64,000 nucleotides of DNA from Ptychomitrium polyphyllum (lineage: Eukaryota), in NCBI GenBank assembly GCA_973851085.1, contig OZ316775.1, forward strand, positions 7,688,001 to 7,752,000, given 5' to 3'. Below the pieces are notes generated by a model, which was given only the letters and a program-made list of their open reading frames with translations, was not told the origin of the DNA and searched no databases. Made by a program: the position numbers and the translations under genes. Below, in pieces: positions 13,701 to 26,737 of this stretch (position 1 is its first letter; every line of letters starts with the position of its first letter).

Positions 13701-16700
13701 ACACGTAAAGATCAGAAAAAATAACAAAATTATAGCGATCTCATAATTTCTGAATATCTTACTGCAGAACAATTTTTTTCTTGTACTTCTCCGTCCATCT
13801 CAAGTACTATTGGCATGTACTTGAGATCATAACATAGGATGATTAGGATATCCGGTATACCGAGCAACGGATGGCAACAGCTGACACTCGCCCTTCCAAC
13901 GAGAGTGCAAGCAGAATGTCCAATAGTTTGTTCTACAATCAATACAAACAGACAAGCCAGTCAGCAGAATCACAATGAAGCGAATAAATACTTCTCATAT
14001 GATGTTTTTCACATTGATTTCCTGTACCACTACCCTAGAGAACGTGTATGATAGGCTCCTGCAATCCAAATAAATTCACGGTACTGTGCACTGTACTTGG
14101 ACTACTAGAAATTTAACCTAAATCCGGTGGTATAACAAGTACCTGAGAAAACAGCGTTTGATTTGCTACAATATTTGCATCTTTTCCTGGCTTTGCCTCG
14201 GGACCGCCAGCAAGCAAAAGCGCGACAGTCTCCAATACACATAGCAGATTAATAGACTGTCCCCTCAATCCCCATCCAACAGTATACTAGCATCATTCTC
14301 TTAAGCATTTTCAATATTCGCACAACCATCAGTGATCAGCAACCTTGACATGCTTATTTTGCAATATTAAAAACTGACAAGCCAATAGTTCGAAAGTAAG
14401 ATGAATTAAAAGTCTGGTACATGTGATGAACGTGCATAATGAGCTCGATTCAACAACACTGTTTTGTAGGACATATGAGTAGTTACCTTCTGCTGCATGA
14501 AACCATCTGCACTGCCTTTCCGCAACTTCAGGAGTTGAGAAACGTATTGCAGCCCTAAAGTTTCCCTTAAGTAAATCTGCAGGCCATCTAAGTATAAGAT
14601 TGAAATGCGTTTTGAGCTCAATTTGTCACATACCTTTAGACATCTCAACCCATAACGGAACATGGGCAACAAACAATAGTATTTCAACCATAAGAAAGTC
14701 ATTTAGTAACACTACTGACCTGGTTGGAAGGATTGTTGCGTAAGAGATTATTGAGCAGCTCCAAACAGTCCTGAAATATAGCAGTAAAAATTAAGAGCTA
14801 ATAAGACCAGTTGTTTATGATAAAACAACACAATGCAAATCCACATACGAATTATATCTGAATACTCCAATAGTTGAAACGATGCCGCTCTTAAGGATCT
14901 CAAGAAAATTCTTAGTGCACCTGCACGATGATGCCACCTTCAGACCCTCCTTCCTCTCTGATTATATTGAACAAGCGATCAAAAGCACCTTCAAACACCA
15001 CTATCTTCTGTATTTCCTGTACATACTCAGCTGATTCTAAGCCCAGACATTGGAAGCATAAAATCTAAGAGATGTATACAAATAGTACCGACTAAATGGG
15101 TTTACAAGTGTAGATCTGCTCTAACGGATGAATCATTTTCATGAGATATATGACATTGTAAGCATCAAGATATAGTCGATTGTGAACAGCTCACAATCAA
15201 AAGCTTCAAATTGATATTTCAACGGAAGACAGTACTAGAGTGCATACATTAAAATGCAACTAGACGATGACTATTGCAGAAAGAAGTGCCATACCTCTGC
15301 AGACCGAGTCAGATATGTCAGCACAATCAATGCTTCATTGCGTATAACCTACATCAAAACGAAACAAAATGTAAGGACAGAATTGAAACAAAAGTTTTTA
15401 AAGTATACCACATTTTCTTCGCATTTCAAAGAAGACCTATGTTCAGAACAAATGATCTCGCAATCACACGAGATGCTGGAATGACATTCCAACATTCATC
15501 AATCACCAGATATATATTTAGACAAGCAGGCCAAGCAAACACCTCACAGTATAGTAAGCTGTTTCCCAAAAAGCAGAAATTCCAAAGACGTAAATCTTGT
15601 CTGATGATTAAATACTATCTTGAGAGAGCATTACAACGACTTTCACTACTATAAGGCGACAACATAAGGGTGTCCCCAGATGTCTCTTTACGTCCAACAC
15701 AAGATTCGGTAATTGGAACGGTGATCTTCTTTGTCCATTACCATCACTCAGAGACCCTATAATATCATATTCAGTACCCAAGTAGGATAAACACTGTGCA
15801 GAGGAGGCATCAAATTTGAACCAACATTCAAAAGGAAACATGAACTGACAAGACTAGTGCAGTCACCTGAAGCAATGACAGGCTGACTTCAGATGCAAGC
15901 GTACGAACTTAGATCAGAGGTCATACCTCACGCTCAGCAAGCATGTCCATCAGCCTAGTGATACCCTGAGGTATAGAAAGTATCATATCCTGCAGCCTTC
16001 GCCACACTTCACTACTTAGATCAACTGCTAAAGGACAAGAATTTTCTTAAAAAAAACCCAGAGCAATACCACATTACATCACCAAGCAGGAGTGCTGCAG
16101 TAGAAGATAAATAGACTACACCTATATGTTTATAAATTTTGTGCAGTGTACACTACTTAGAAATAGTTTAGGCTCGAGTCTATGCACACCTTGTAGGGCA
16201 ATTCGTAAGCAAGGCAGTTAACAGTTGTAACGTGTGATAGCGCACATAAAAATCGGGTTCATCCTGCGCAAATAAGGGTCTAAGTTTGTCAATGAAATCT
16301 CCTTCCATACATCTCAACAATGAAAAAGCTGTTGTTTAAGGATGTCAACATAACATGTGGTCCATCTGAGGCAACTTGGGCGCATACCAGAAGGCTCAAC
16401 AGAAGTGCAATACTAGCAGGTTCTCGTGCAAGTAGTTCTGAGTTCACAATGCCCGGTTGTACTCGACCAGGTTCCTCTTGCCTCGGATCCTCTGTTGTTA
16501 GCGCGTGAAGAAGTGTTTCCAGTGCCCCCCTCACCTAAAGACATCCACTTCAATCGTATACAAGAGAAATTCCACTGCGTTGAAAGAGTATACTACGCAA
16601 ACCAATATATCACATGCCAAGTAAAGTACACAGTAACCCAGGTATATTAACTGAGTTTCATTGAGTACTATTTTCGAAACCCAAACGAGGAAGTAAGAGC

Positions 16701-17649
16701 GTTTTCAATGATAGCTTGATGCATGAAGAAAACGTTCAAATTAAACTGCATCAACTCGTAATACATCGCAGGCAATAGAATCACAAAGGTCCCGGAGATC
16801 ACCATTTCTAAGTCTTCACGCTCCTCCCTGAAAACCGCCATGAGAATAGGAAACCCTGTTTACACAGAAAGGGTCTTCAGCAAAGCAGCATTCACCTGAA
16901 ACAGTTCCATGCATCTAATAAATGCCAAGAAAATACCACTGAGACCGTACCCTAACAACACAAAACCAGCACTAGAAGTATTTTCATTACTAGATAGCTC
17001 TATTTACCCATTGCTCCAAACGCGAGTTTCGCAGCTCGGTTTTCCGCTACGGCGGCCTCCAGCTCTTGCATGGCACTGCGCCGGTCGTCAGCAAGCTTGC
17101 CATTGCTAATTCGCTCCAAGAGATCCTCTACTCCTCTGCACCCACGCGTATACTCTCCATTGTCAATCACACTAAAGACCCTCTGCCTCATGTACCACGT
17201 TAGGATCCTTAGCTGTAAATGTTTCAGCAGTGTAATACCGAAGATTGAATTTGCAAAGAGATAAAACTCTCAGTCCTTACCCATCATCTTCCTCGCGACC
17301 ATAATTACTGGTTCCAAACACCAGCCCGCCCACGCCCTACACCAAGGATCACATACATTGAGAAGGTTAAATATTGTACTGCCTATGATACTCTGAATGC
17401 AAGACATTCCGTTACTGGTTTCACTTCAACTCGTATTGTTCTGCCACTGCCACAACCTTCAAAGACTAAAAAGGCATGAATTACAAACCACTATATCGAG
17501 AAAATCGAAACAAAAGGAATCAAGCAAGTTACCCATAAAGCCCTGGACCAAACGTAAAGTCACATCCTCCCACAAAAACCACAACATCAAAACGTCACAA
17601 ATACCTGAGCTACTGCGTTGAGGTTCAAAGATCCCAACCTGAACGCCAT
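10788..17649 (-). CDS. GC6: Golgin candidate 6 / p115 / Uso1 vesicle-tethering protein (multi-exon)
   Basis: Exon 1 17605..17649 (MAFRLGSLNLNAVAQ), then GVGGLVFG, VEDLLERISNGKLADDRRSAM, RGALETLLHAL, DFYVRYHTLQLLTALL, GITRLMDML, IQKIVVFEGAFDRLFNII, LLRNNPSNQ. Large exons 11607..12395 and 10788..11405 encode a coiled coil, ELNDLLVCLGQEE and an acidic tail; TGA at 10788-10790. Canonical GT-AG boundaries at the junctions checked. Confidence 0.93.
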
Positions 17650-18360
17650 CGCCCGCTCCCCTCGCTGCCAGATCGTCACATCACACCACAGCCCAAATGA
17701 TTATCTCACCCACGAAAAAACGACACACGGTGTCGACAAAACCTGCAATCAACAAACGAACCTCCAACAGAACCACAAACAACACCCCACCGAAGAATCA
17801 GAAACTCACCCACAGATCCATGCTTGCCCTGCTACCTGTCAATCTCAAAAACCACAACTTGAAAGCCCCAAGCCACTATGTGCCACTCCCGGATTCGCTG
17901 TGGCCCCAAAAAAGTGAAACTTGGATTGAGGCTGCAGAGATGCAGTGACATGAAGAGACAGGCACCTGGAAGAGATGGCAGTGATTGCTCCAAAGGCGAC
18001 AGCTTTGGTTGAGGAAGAGGATCCTCTACGCCAGTGTAGCGTACAGTCCAACGACAACAAGGTCCTCCCTGGAGTGCAGGTGCACGCAAAGTGGGAGACC
18101 TAATTGCAAGAATGTCGGAGCCTTGGATATAATGTGCACTTGAGTGCGTACGTGAGGTGGGATCTAGTAATGGAGAACGCAATCTAAGCTGGTGGAAGAT
18201 GAGAGGGGAGACATGGCCTGGCCTAGCAGCCCAGAGCGCATGCTTGCTGATTGATGATGCCATGGCAGGGCAGTCAGTGCTCACTTGGAAGAAAGCACTT
18301 GAGAGCCCAGAGTCAAGCGTCACGGGTCAGAGTCAAGGAAGACAATATTGATGCGGATGC

Positions 18361-18402
18361 ATGAATTCGTGGATGAATTCGTAGATGAATTCGTGGATGA
18401 AT
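18361..18402. repeat. 12-bp tandem repeat (ATGAATTCGTGG) x~3.5
   Basis: atgaattcgtgg atgaattcgtag atgaattcgtgg atgaat, at the edge of the gene island. Confidence 0.85.
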
Positions 18403-21400
18403 GGATGGTGGGTGGATAAATGCAGAAGCTTCTCAAGGGTCCTACCCTTATGGGTGCAAGCCAAACGTTAGGTTGGTATTTAGTAGACCCTGCTGCACAA
18501 CTCTCCGAAGTAGTTTTTCAAGTCCTTGATAATGTGGTTATGTCGACAGAAGGTCAGTAGTTCATTGTGTCATTAGGACCGTACCCCACTAATATCTTTG
18601 CCATTGACAAACAAACCCACATCTTCCACCTCAAACTTGAGTAAATATTGTTTTTTATCCAACAGTGAATTAAGTCAATGTAGAGGAGCATTACAATTCA
18701 CTTTGGAAGTTTGATTAAGGAGGTCCATGTACCTATACTAAGGCTAAGGGTTGCAAAAGTGATGCTAATAAAATGCATAGATTTTTTTGTAGTTTGGTCT
18801 TGGAACTTAACTTTGATTCAATGGCTTGTGTGGGCTAAAAGATTAAAGTCAGTATTTATTTGACAAAAGAAGAATAGTTGATGATTAAAAAGAGACATCT
18901 TGATTACAATTTGGCCCATAATACATGACAAGGAGTTTTTGCAAGCGGTTTTTTTTAATTGGAAAGATATATGGTAGCCAAATAAGGCCTACATAGAAAT
19001 AATGTTCTTTTGGTCTATTTAGAACCATAGATTAGCAATCAACTAATGGAAGTTTTGAATTTGGATTACAATTGATGGCAATTGCATCTTTTGTAATTTG
19101 TTTTTTATTATTTTAATGTCTCACAAATTTTAAAATTATTATGTGACATAGTATTAAGTGCTAAGTTATATTGAATAAATGCAATGTGATTTAAGTTGGA
19201 AGCTTTTTCATCTATTTAAAATAAATTTCATATTAATTGGTTTTTAGTACCAATTTAAAATTTAGAAGAGATGGTAAGTAGAAAAATTTCTTTAGCTTGG
19301 CATTCTTTACCAAGTCAAATCTTGTAAATGTGGTTTGAAAAAAAAACCTTTTTAAAATTGGCTTGGAAATGGTGCTATAATCATTTAGTAAAGCCTTGAA
19401 TTTGTTTTACATTTGTAATTTTGAATTGTTTTTTTATGGAATTAAAGATAGCTTGATTCAAATGGTGGTATTTTTTCTTTGTTCTTTAGATATATATTTG
19501 TAATGATTGGAATATTCAATTTGTTGTATATGACAATTTTAATTTACACAATAAAATGCATTTGGAAGTGTGTCATTATCATTATTTAGAAATTAGCTTT
19601 GAAGCTACAAAGCTCTAGCCCACGGCTTGTTTTTTTATAGATCCAAATTATTTTTACTTATAATAATAATAGTAAGAATCAAGTTGGTTCAAATAATCTA
19701 AACGCTCCTTAGAAACATTGGCTTATAAATTGGTTGGTTTTAAAAGGATGCCAAGAGTTTCAACAATAAAAACTTGTCAATTCAACATTTTGTTTTATTA
19801 ATGTTACAAACTTCAATTGATTGTTATAAAACTAAGTAGAAAAAATGTGCTAAGTTTAGAGCTAAAATAATATTAAATTTTTTTAACTCCTAAATATATA
19901 AGGATATCTGAGGTAGAATTAGAAGTTTAAAGATTAAGTAATATTACTAGGGCCTTGTGCCTAGCCTTATTATTTATTGTGCCTAAACTGCATTTTAAAG
20001 AAATGATAGATTTTAAGGAAGGTTGTCTTTGTTTTAAAAAAAATATAATATTTTTATTTGTTCAAAATATAAAAAACATTCCAACAAAAAAATTGTATAA
20101 GTAAATTATATATAAATTTGTATAGATTTTTTTGATTATGTGTATATACACCTATAATTCTATTATAATGGACATTAAAATTCCACATATGAATCATTAT
20201 TGGTACCAAAATAAAATATGGCTTAAAATTGAAGCAAAATCATTATAATTATTAATCAAATTTAAGATAAAAGTAGAAGAATAAGGTCAACTTCGACTTT
20301 ACAAGGTTAAAATTTACACAAAATAGAAAATTGAGCAAAGTAGAAATTTATTTTATTAACATTCCCAGGCTTAAAAAGCTTTAAAATAATTAATATTTAC
20401 AAATTAATGTTAACACTCTTAGAATGTACTTTGAAGTTGGAAGGTTTAAACCAAAAATATAAGAAACATATAACATCATTGAAGAAATAATAAAAAAAAA
20501 AAATCTAAGTAAAAATGATTGTCATAATATTATTAATCTAAATTTTTTTACATAGGATTTTCTATTTTTTATTTTTTTCTTTCATTCAATTAAAAAAGAT
20601 GAATGAATTGCATAGGGACGTTTCTATTAATGTAGATATGCCTAATGATTTAATTAATAATTTAAAATATAGATTTCATCTTGCAGATTGTAAAAAAAGC
20701 ATCCAATGAAAATGTAAAAATAGATATATAGTTGAAAATCTTCAAAATTGCAATGGAAAAGGAACCAGTATTAAGGTGTAAGCTAGTGGAGATTAAAAAG
20801 TTTCAAAACAGAAGGCATTTATAGTTAAATATGTGGTTGGATTTAATAAAGAGTTATTTTTTGATATTAATAAAAATGTATTTAAAAATTTGGTTGAATT
20901 ATCTAAAACTTATTTTAAGTTCAGAATTACTTAAGGTTAGTACACTCATACTTCTTTATTGTAACTAGCTTGGGATCCAAGGCATCGACTATCATATATT
21001 CACATTAAAAAAATTGTAATAAAAGACTAATTTTGAATTAAATTAAAATGTTTGTGCCCTTTCTTAACATCACAAATTTGAGAATGGTGATATTACAAAA
21101 AGTGACATAAAGGATGTTTGAGTGTAAATTGTTGTGAAGAATCTTTAATTCAAAAGGAAAAATGTAAGAAATTCTTCTTAATTATTGATTATATACGAGT
21201 TCTTTTGCATAATGGTTCTTTTTCAATTAAAAAGCAATGCTCCTGGAGAGCTTGGAATGATTTTAAAATATACCTTTTTAATGTGTGTAAAGATGTAAAT
21301 AGTCAAAAACTTGCCCCTTCTAGTTTGAGAAAGTTAATTCAACAAACAATAGTAGAAGTTCATGCAAAGAAATTTCAAGTTTTTTGCACAAAGATTGTGG

Positions 21401-21903
21401 TTTTATCAACAAGTGTTGAGGATAAGATCCATTTTTTTTTATTTAAGGTATAAAACCATAGATTGTTATGAACATAGATCATGTAACATAGTCTTTAGGT
21501 CATAGTATAGTAGCTTTTAAAAACACTTTCAATGTCTCCATAGCCGTTTCCACGTCCTTGAAAAATTTCCTAGGAAGTTCTACCACTTCAAGAAACTTCC
21601 TAGGAAAATTTTATCTCTTTAGAAAACTTCCTAAGAAGGTTCCATCATCTTAGGAAATTTCCAAAGAAGGTTCCAACTCTTTGGAAGCTTTTAAAGAAGG
21701 TTTCAATATCTTGAAATACTTCTTGGAAAGGTTCTATAGACTTCTAGAATATTCTTAAGCCTTGTAAGAAGCTTCTTTAAATGTATCCTAGGAGATACAA
21801 GCATCATAATATATATAGGAAGTAAGATAAGGTATTTCTTAGTCTTGCCAACACAAGTTGTGGATCATCTTGTATCTTGCCTTGTTTTAGTCTTTGTATG
21901 AAG

Positions 21904-22311
21904 TATTGAAGTCACTAGAAGTAGAGAAGAAGATTGCACAAGCATAGAACCACACAAAGTAGTACAAACAATGCTTGGAGTGAGATGTTGCCTTCTCTCA
22001 AAGGCCTTTACTTATACTACCACGTAGTGACGTCTCAAATACCTTTTAAGGTCCTTTTCAAGTATCTTGCAAGTAGCTTTTCAAAGCTACTTGCAAGTTC
22101 TTTTATGCCAACTCATACATCCACTTGTTTTTGCCTTCACATGCAAGACATGTGGGTTTGTCCTACCACGTTGACCGTGTACCATATATGTACCTCTTAA
22201 GTGGCTTTCACCTCTCCCCCTTTTCTCCCCATTTTCTCTCCTTTTATATCTATCACAATACAATACTATTTACTCCACCGTAAATACTACAAGCAATTCT
22301 AGTCTCCAACA
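21904..22311. mobile_element. Solo LTR (408 bp) inserted in the family A 5' LTR
   Basis: Absent from the 3' LTR. Exact 5-bp TSD TGAAG (21899-21903 and 22312-22316). Termini TATTGAAG...CTCCAACA are a decayed TG..CA inverted end. Confidence 0.82.
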
Positions 22312-24699
22312 TGAAGTTCTTGTTAATCATTAGTTCTTTGGAAGTTAATTCTTAAAAAACACTTCATTTTTATTTTTTGTTTTTTGTGTCCCTAATAATT
22401 TGGCAAAACTACTCTTTAACTTTGTCAGAGCTAAGGTTTTTTATAAACAATAGTAGATTACCTATCTTCTTTAAGATTCTATAGCGTCTTAGAGGTTGCG
22501 GATTACCTTCCTTTATGTTCATACCATAAGTTGGTTTTTTCTTCTACAAGCAAGTGCTTTTTTTTTTGAAGAAGCATCAAATTTTTAAGCAAGCGGATTA
22601 ACCTCCCATGAAGATATTCATAGTCTTCTTGTTTTTGATAGTCTGAAGTAATACATAACGTGCTTAGATCATCAAAGCGTAGGTTTGCAATTTTTGCAGA
22701 CCTTCAAGAGTTACTAAATATGGTTTAAGAGGAATTTGCTCACTTCAACACTATCAACAATTTTGAGCATCACACTCAACAAGCTGAAGAATCCAATGGC
22801 AATATTCAAAGTCTATATCAAGAGGTTGTTTGATTGCAAGAGGCCAATATTAGAAGAGAAAACTTACGTGAAAACCATGCAAAGCCAAAGATTAGCATGC
22901 CAGACAATTTTGATGGATGAAAATTATAGTTGAAAGGCCTTCTTTAACAAATAAGGTTTTTTCTCAGTTTGCATCAATCTCACTACAATAATGGCACTAT
23001 TCAAGTTGAATTGTAGCTACTCTTCCATCAAACAATGCACTATCATAGTTTGTACCATTAATAGAGAAGCAATCACCATTATTGAACAATTTAGATGCCT
23101 TTATGAAAACATTGACATCTACCTATGGAGACACCAACCGAGAGTGAATGGTGGAAACAAGGATCCAGAGTCTTCAACAAGAACAACATATGGCTGCTAC
23201 ATATGATGCAAAGTTTTGACAACTAGCTTGCGACCTTAATTAGAACAATAAGGCCTTGGTTATACAATTCCGATGGGGTCTAAAAAAGAATGCAAAGGAC
23301 TTATTATTTACAATGCCAAGGATTGAAACGTTGGACAAATTCATCACTAAAGTAATAGTATGTGATAATAGATTACTTGAGAGGCACTAAGAACAACGCT
23401 TGGGATGGTGACCATACATCAAGGTATGGCAACCACTTCTTCAAAAATATTAGAAAGCCGACCATAAGAACCTAAACTTATGAAAATTGATGCTGTCCAA
23501 TTTAGACATTTGATTCTAAAAGAAAAAGAAAGGCGTCAAAGAGGAAACTTATGTTTATATTGTAGCAAGTTTGGATATAAATTGCACGATTGCCAAATCA
23601 GGAGATCTGCCTTTAAGGCTCAAAGTACAATGGTGGAGTTGGAAAATGAGAATGTCCAATCATAATAGGGACTATGCAATTAGATACTACAAAGAAATGA
23701 CCATCAAATTAAGGTCTTTTACTACTTCCAACCCCTTATCTCTTGCTTTACATTCCTTATCAAAATCAAACTCTCAGATGGTGAAATATTTAGTGAAGCT
23801 CTTTTGGACACTAGTGCAACGGCATGCTTCATGGACAAAGATTTTGCAACCAAACAATACATGGTGCTTGCAAATAAAAAACATTTCACATTTGTTGAAG
23901 TTATCAATGGACGATTTCTTGCATCTGGTAATGTTATTGAAGAAACTTAGCCTTTAGAGGTTGTTTAAGGAGACTAAGCATCTAAAATTGTCTTGAACAT
24001 CATTCAATGCCAAACAAATTCTATTATCCTGGGCCTTCCTTGATTTGAATTACGTAATCTAGACATTGATTGACACTTACATAATGTGGCTTCAAGGAAA
24101 AAACTTCAAGATACAAGAAACCTTGGACTATCATTTATTGGAACTAAAGCATTCATGAAAGCAACAAAATATAAACCAATCTATGCCATTTATGCCACTC
24201 TAATGTTTGGCTCTATGGTAGAGTCTAATCAATGCATACCTCATCAATACCAAGATTATAAAGATGTATTTGAGAAAAAAAATGAGAACATGTTATCAAA
24301 GCATCAACCTTATGATTGTGCCATCAAGTTACAAGAAGGAATCCAACCACCTCTAGGACCTATCTGTAATCTATCAGAAACCAAATTGACTGCCTTGAAA
24401 GAATATATTGATAAAAACCTTAGAAAAAGCTTTATCCAACGTTCTAAATCACCTACTAAAACATCCATTTTTTGTGTTAAGAAGAAAGATGGATCATTAC
24501 GTATGTATATAGACTATTGAAACCTCAATAAAGGAACCAAGAAGAATTGCTATCTAATACCATTATTCTTAAGATTCTTATAGCAACTTGGCCAAGCAAA
24601 AATATTCACTAAGACTAATCTTAGAAAAGCCTACAATCTTGTATGCATCAAATAAGGAGACAAATGGATCTAGTTATGGCCATTTTGAATACATTGTCA

Positions 24700-25385
24700 T
24701 TATTACCAGGCTCCTGAGTGTTATATTCGGTACTACCAAACTTTTCCTACCAATCTTTCATTGTCGATAGTACTAAATATCTTCCACTAATAACTACCAA
24801 ATAATGGTATCAGTCTGTTAATTCAAACAAACATATATAGATCAACTTTTATATAATCTTGAATTTAGTACTTATAACCTCAACCAAGCGAGTTGTAAAT
24901 GTGTTTGTTATTGGACTATCGGGTGTTAGATTCAATACTTACTAGATTTTATCTACCAATCTTGTCTTATTTGTACTACCGAATGTCTTTCAATGGTAAT
25001 TACTGGATGATAGTAGTATTCTGTTAGTTGAGACAAAGCATTGTAGATCTATTTTTAGAGAATCTTGAATCTAGTACTAAAACCATCAACAAAGAGAGTT
25101 GAGGATATATTGTATGTAGTTTGGTTCTATAAAACAAATTATATACTCCATCCTTTGATTCATTTATCAATTTTGTCTTTGGATATGTGTTTATATGTAG
25201 GATTGTCCATTTTAGCCATTTCTATAGTAGTTTATGGTTTGCTCCTTACTACTACCTTGTCTCTTCCATTTGATAGTAACAATTATATATTCATTTAGAT
25301 TATTTTTCTTGATCTAGACTTTCTAGTAAAAAACTAACAAATATGAGAGTATTTAGTAGTTGCCTATTATAATGTTAGTATAGCT
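24700..25385 (-). repeat. Unidentified decayed repeat fragment replacing the RT core of the family A element
   Basis: RT breaks after GHFEYIV and resumes near the FLGYII-like region. The insert is homologous to 56400-56830 and has an internal ~206-bp periodicity (atcttgaat at 24856 and 25062). Confidence 0.6.
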
Positions 25386-25612
25386 AAATCCCTGGTTGAT
25401 TTTTTGGTCTACATCATCTTCAAAAGAGTAATTCATGTGAATGAGAAAAAAATAAGCATTATTATGAAGTGGATTATGTCAAGATAAATTTGAGATGTTC
25501 AATGCCTCTTGGAATTTGCAAACTTCTAGAAGATATTTATTAAGGATTATTCCAAGATTGCGACACTACTAACACAACTTATGAAAAAGAAAAAATTCAT
25601 TTAGAATGAAGA

Positions 25613-26515
25613 TGCCGCACACCTTTCTTTGAGGAGTGCCCGCAACACTAAGGGCACAAGGGAGACCTGGAGTGACGTCTGGGACTTGTGGCGTCGATAG
25701 TGAAGTGGCCCAAGTAGGCCTAGTGTGGGAAGGATTCCAAGAGGGAGAAACATCCTTGCCCATGTAGTCCGAGGGCTACGAGGGATAAATTGTAGGCATT
25801 AGAGTACTCACGACAAGTTGATTCTAGAATGTTAAAGATTACTTAAATCGGACAAAGGAGCTAAAAGATATGGCATCTTAAAGTTGAGGCTGCCAAGGGG
25901 CTATTCTGGACTGTGGCAGCCCTACACAGTGACTGTACTGGACTGGGACAGTATAGGGAGGGATTTCCCAAGAGTTCCGAACCTTAAGAGAAACATATCT
26001 CCCAGAGTACTAAGTCAAATTGGACGTTTGAGGAGTCTCTTGGCATCTACGCAAAGAGTAAATGACGATAGAGTAGTTGCTTGATAGATTCGGATAATAG
26101 ACATGGAAGATATGGCTCCCTGAAGGTCCGCAGGAAGTCCCGGAGGCTTCCAGTGGCTAAGTCCCAAGGGAGATCGGGTGGTCTTCCAAAAGTTTTGATG
26201 TGTCGGGTTTCGGCCAGCTACAGAGGGCCAGAGGGCCTACCAAATCCCACAGAGAGTACTATAGGGGAGGGTTAGTTTCCCTCCCTACTCCCCTAGTGTC
26301 TCGGTAGGAATCAAGGGTGAGTTCCAGTTGGTGGAGCTAATGTTGGGGCTTTACCATAGGGACTCTCACACCATTGTGAGCCGGTAGATGACCGGTTTCA
26401 CAAAGGAAACTAGTGTGACTTGGAGAGTAAAAATGGGGGTTAACCATGTGCATGTGGGGGTGTATAGGTTTGACGTGCATGACGCTTGTTAAGGTGCATT
26501 ATAAGGGTTGCAACA
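25613..26515 (+). mobile_element. Solo LTR of family B inserted in family A pol
   Basis: Starts TGCCGCACACC (matches the LTR start at 63857) and ends GGGTTGCAACA (matches the LTR end at 61247). Flanks gaaga/aaaga are a TSD with one mismatch, and the host reading frame continues across it. Confidence 0.88.
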
Positions 26516-26737
26516 AAAGAGGCAGAAAGAACATTTCAAATCGGCTCAAATTATTATGATTCATATTATGATACATATGTATTTATTCATCCAAATTCTT
26601 ATTCATCCAAATCCATCAAAGCCTTTCTATTGGGAAGCAGATGCCTTAGATTTTATATTTGATTCACTACTCTTACAATATAATGAAGACTAGAGACTCC
26701 ACCTTGTTGCTTTTTTTTCAACAAAATTTTCAGCGGC

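Noticed and set aside
17832..18351. ORFs upstream of GC6
   Set aside because: GC-rich promoter region; no domain similarity or splice structure seen.
18900..21460. Very AT-rich blocks (also 31700-33000 and 44250-47000) as possible DNA-transposon or Helitron remnants
   Set aside because: No termini, TSD or convincing transposase motif could be read.
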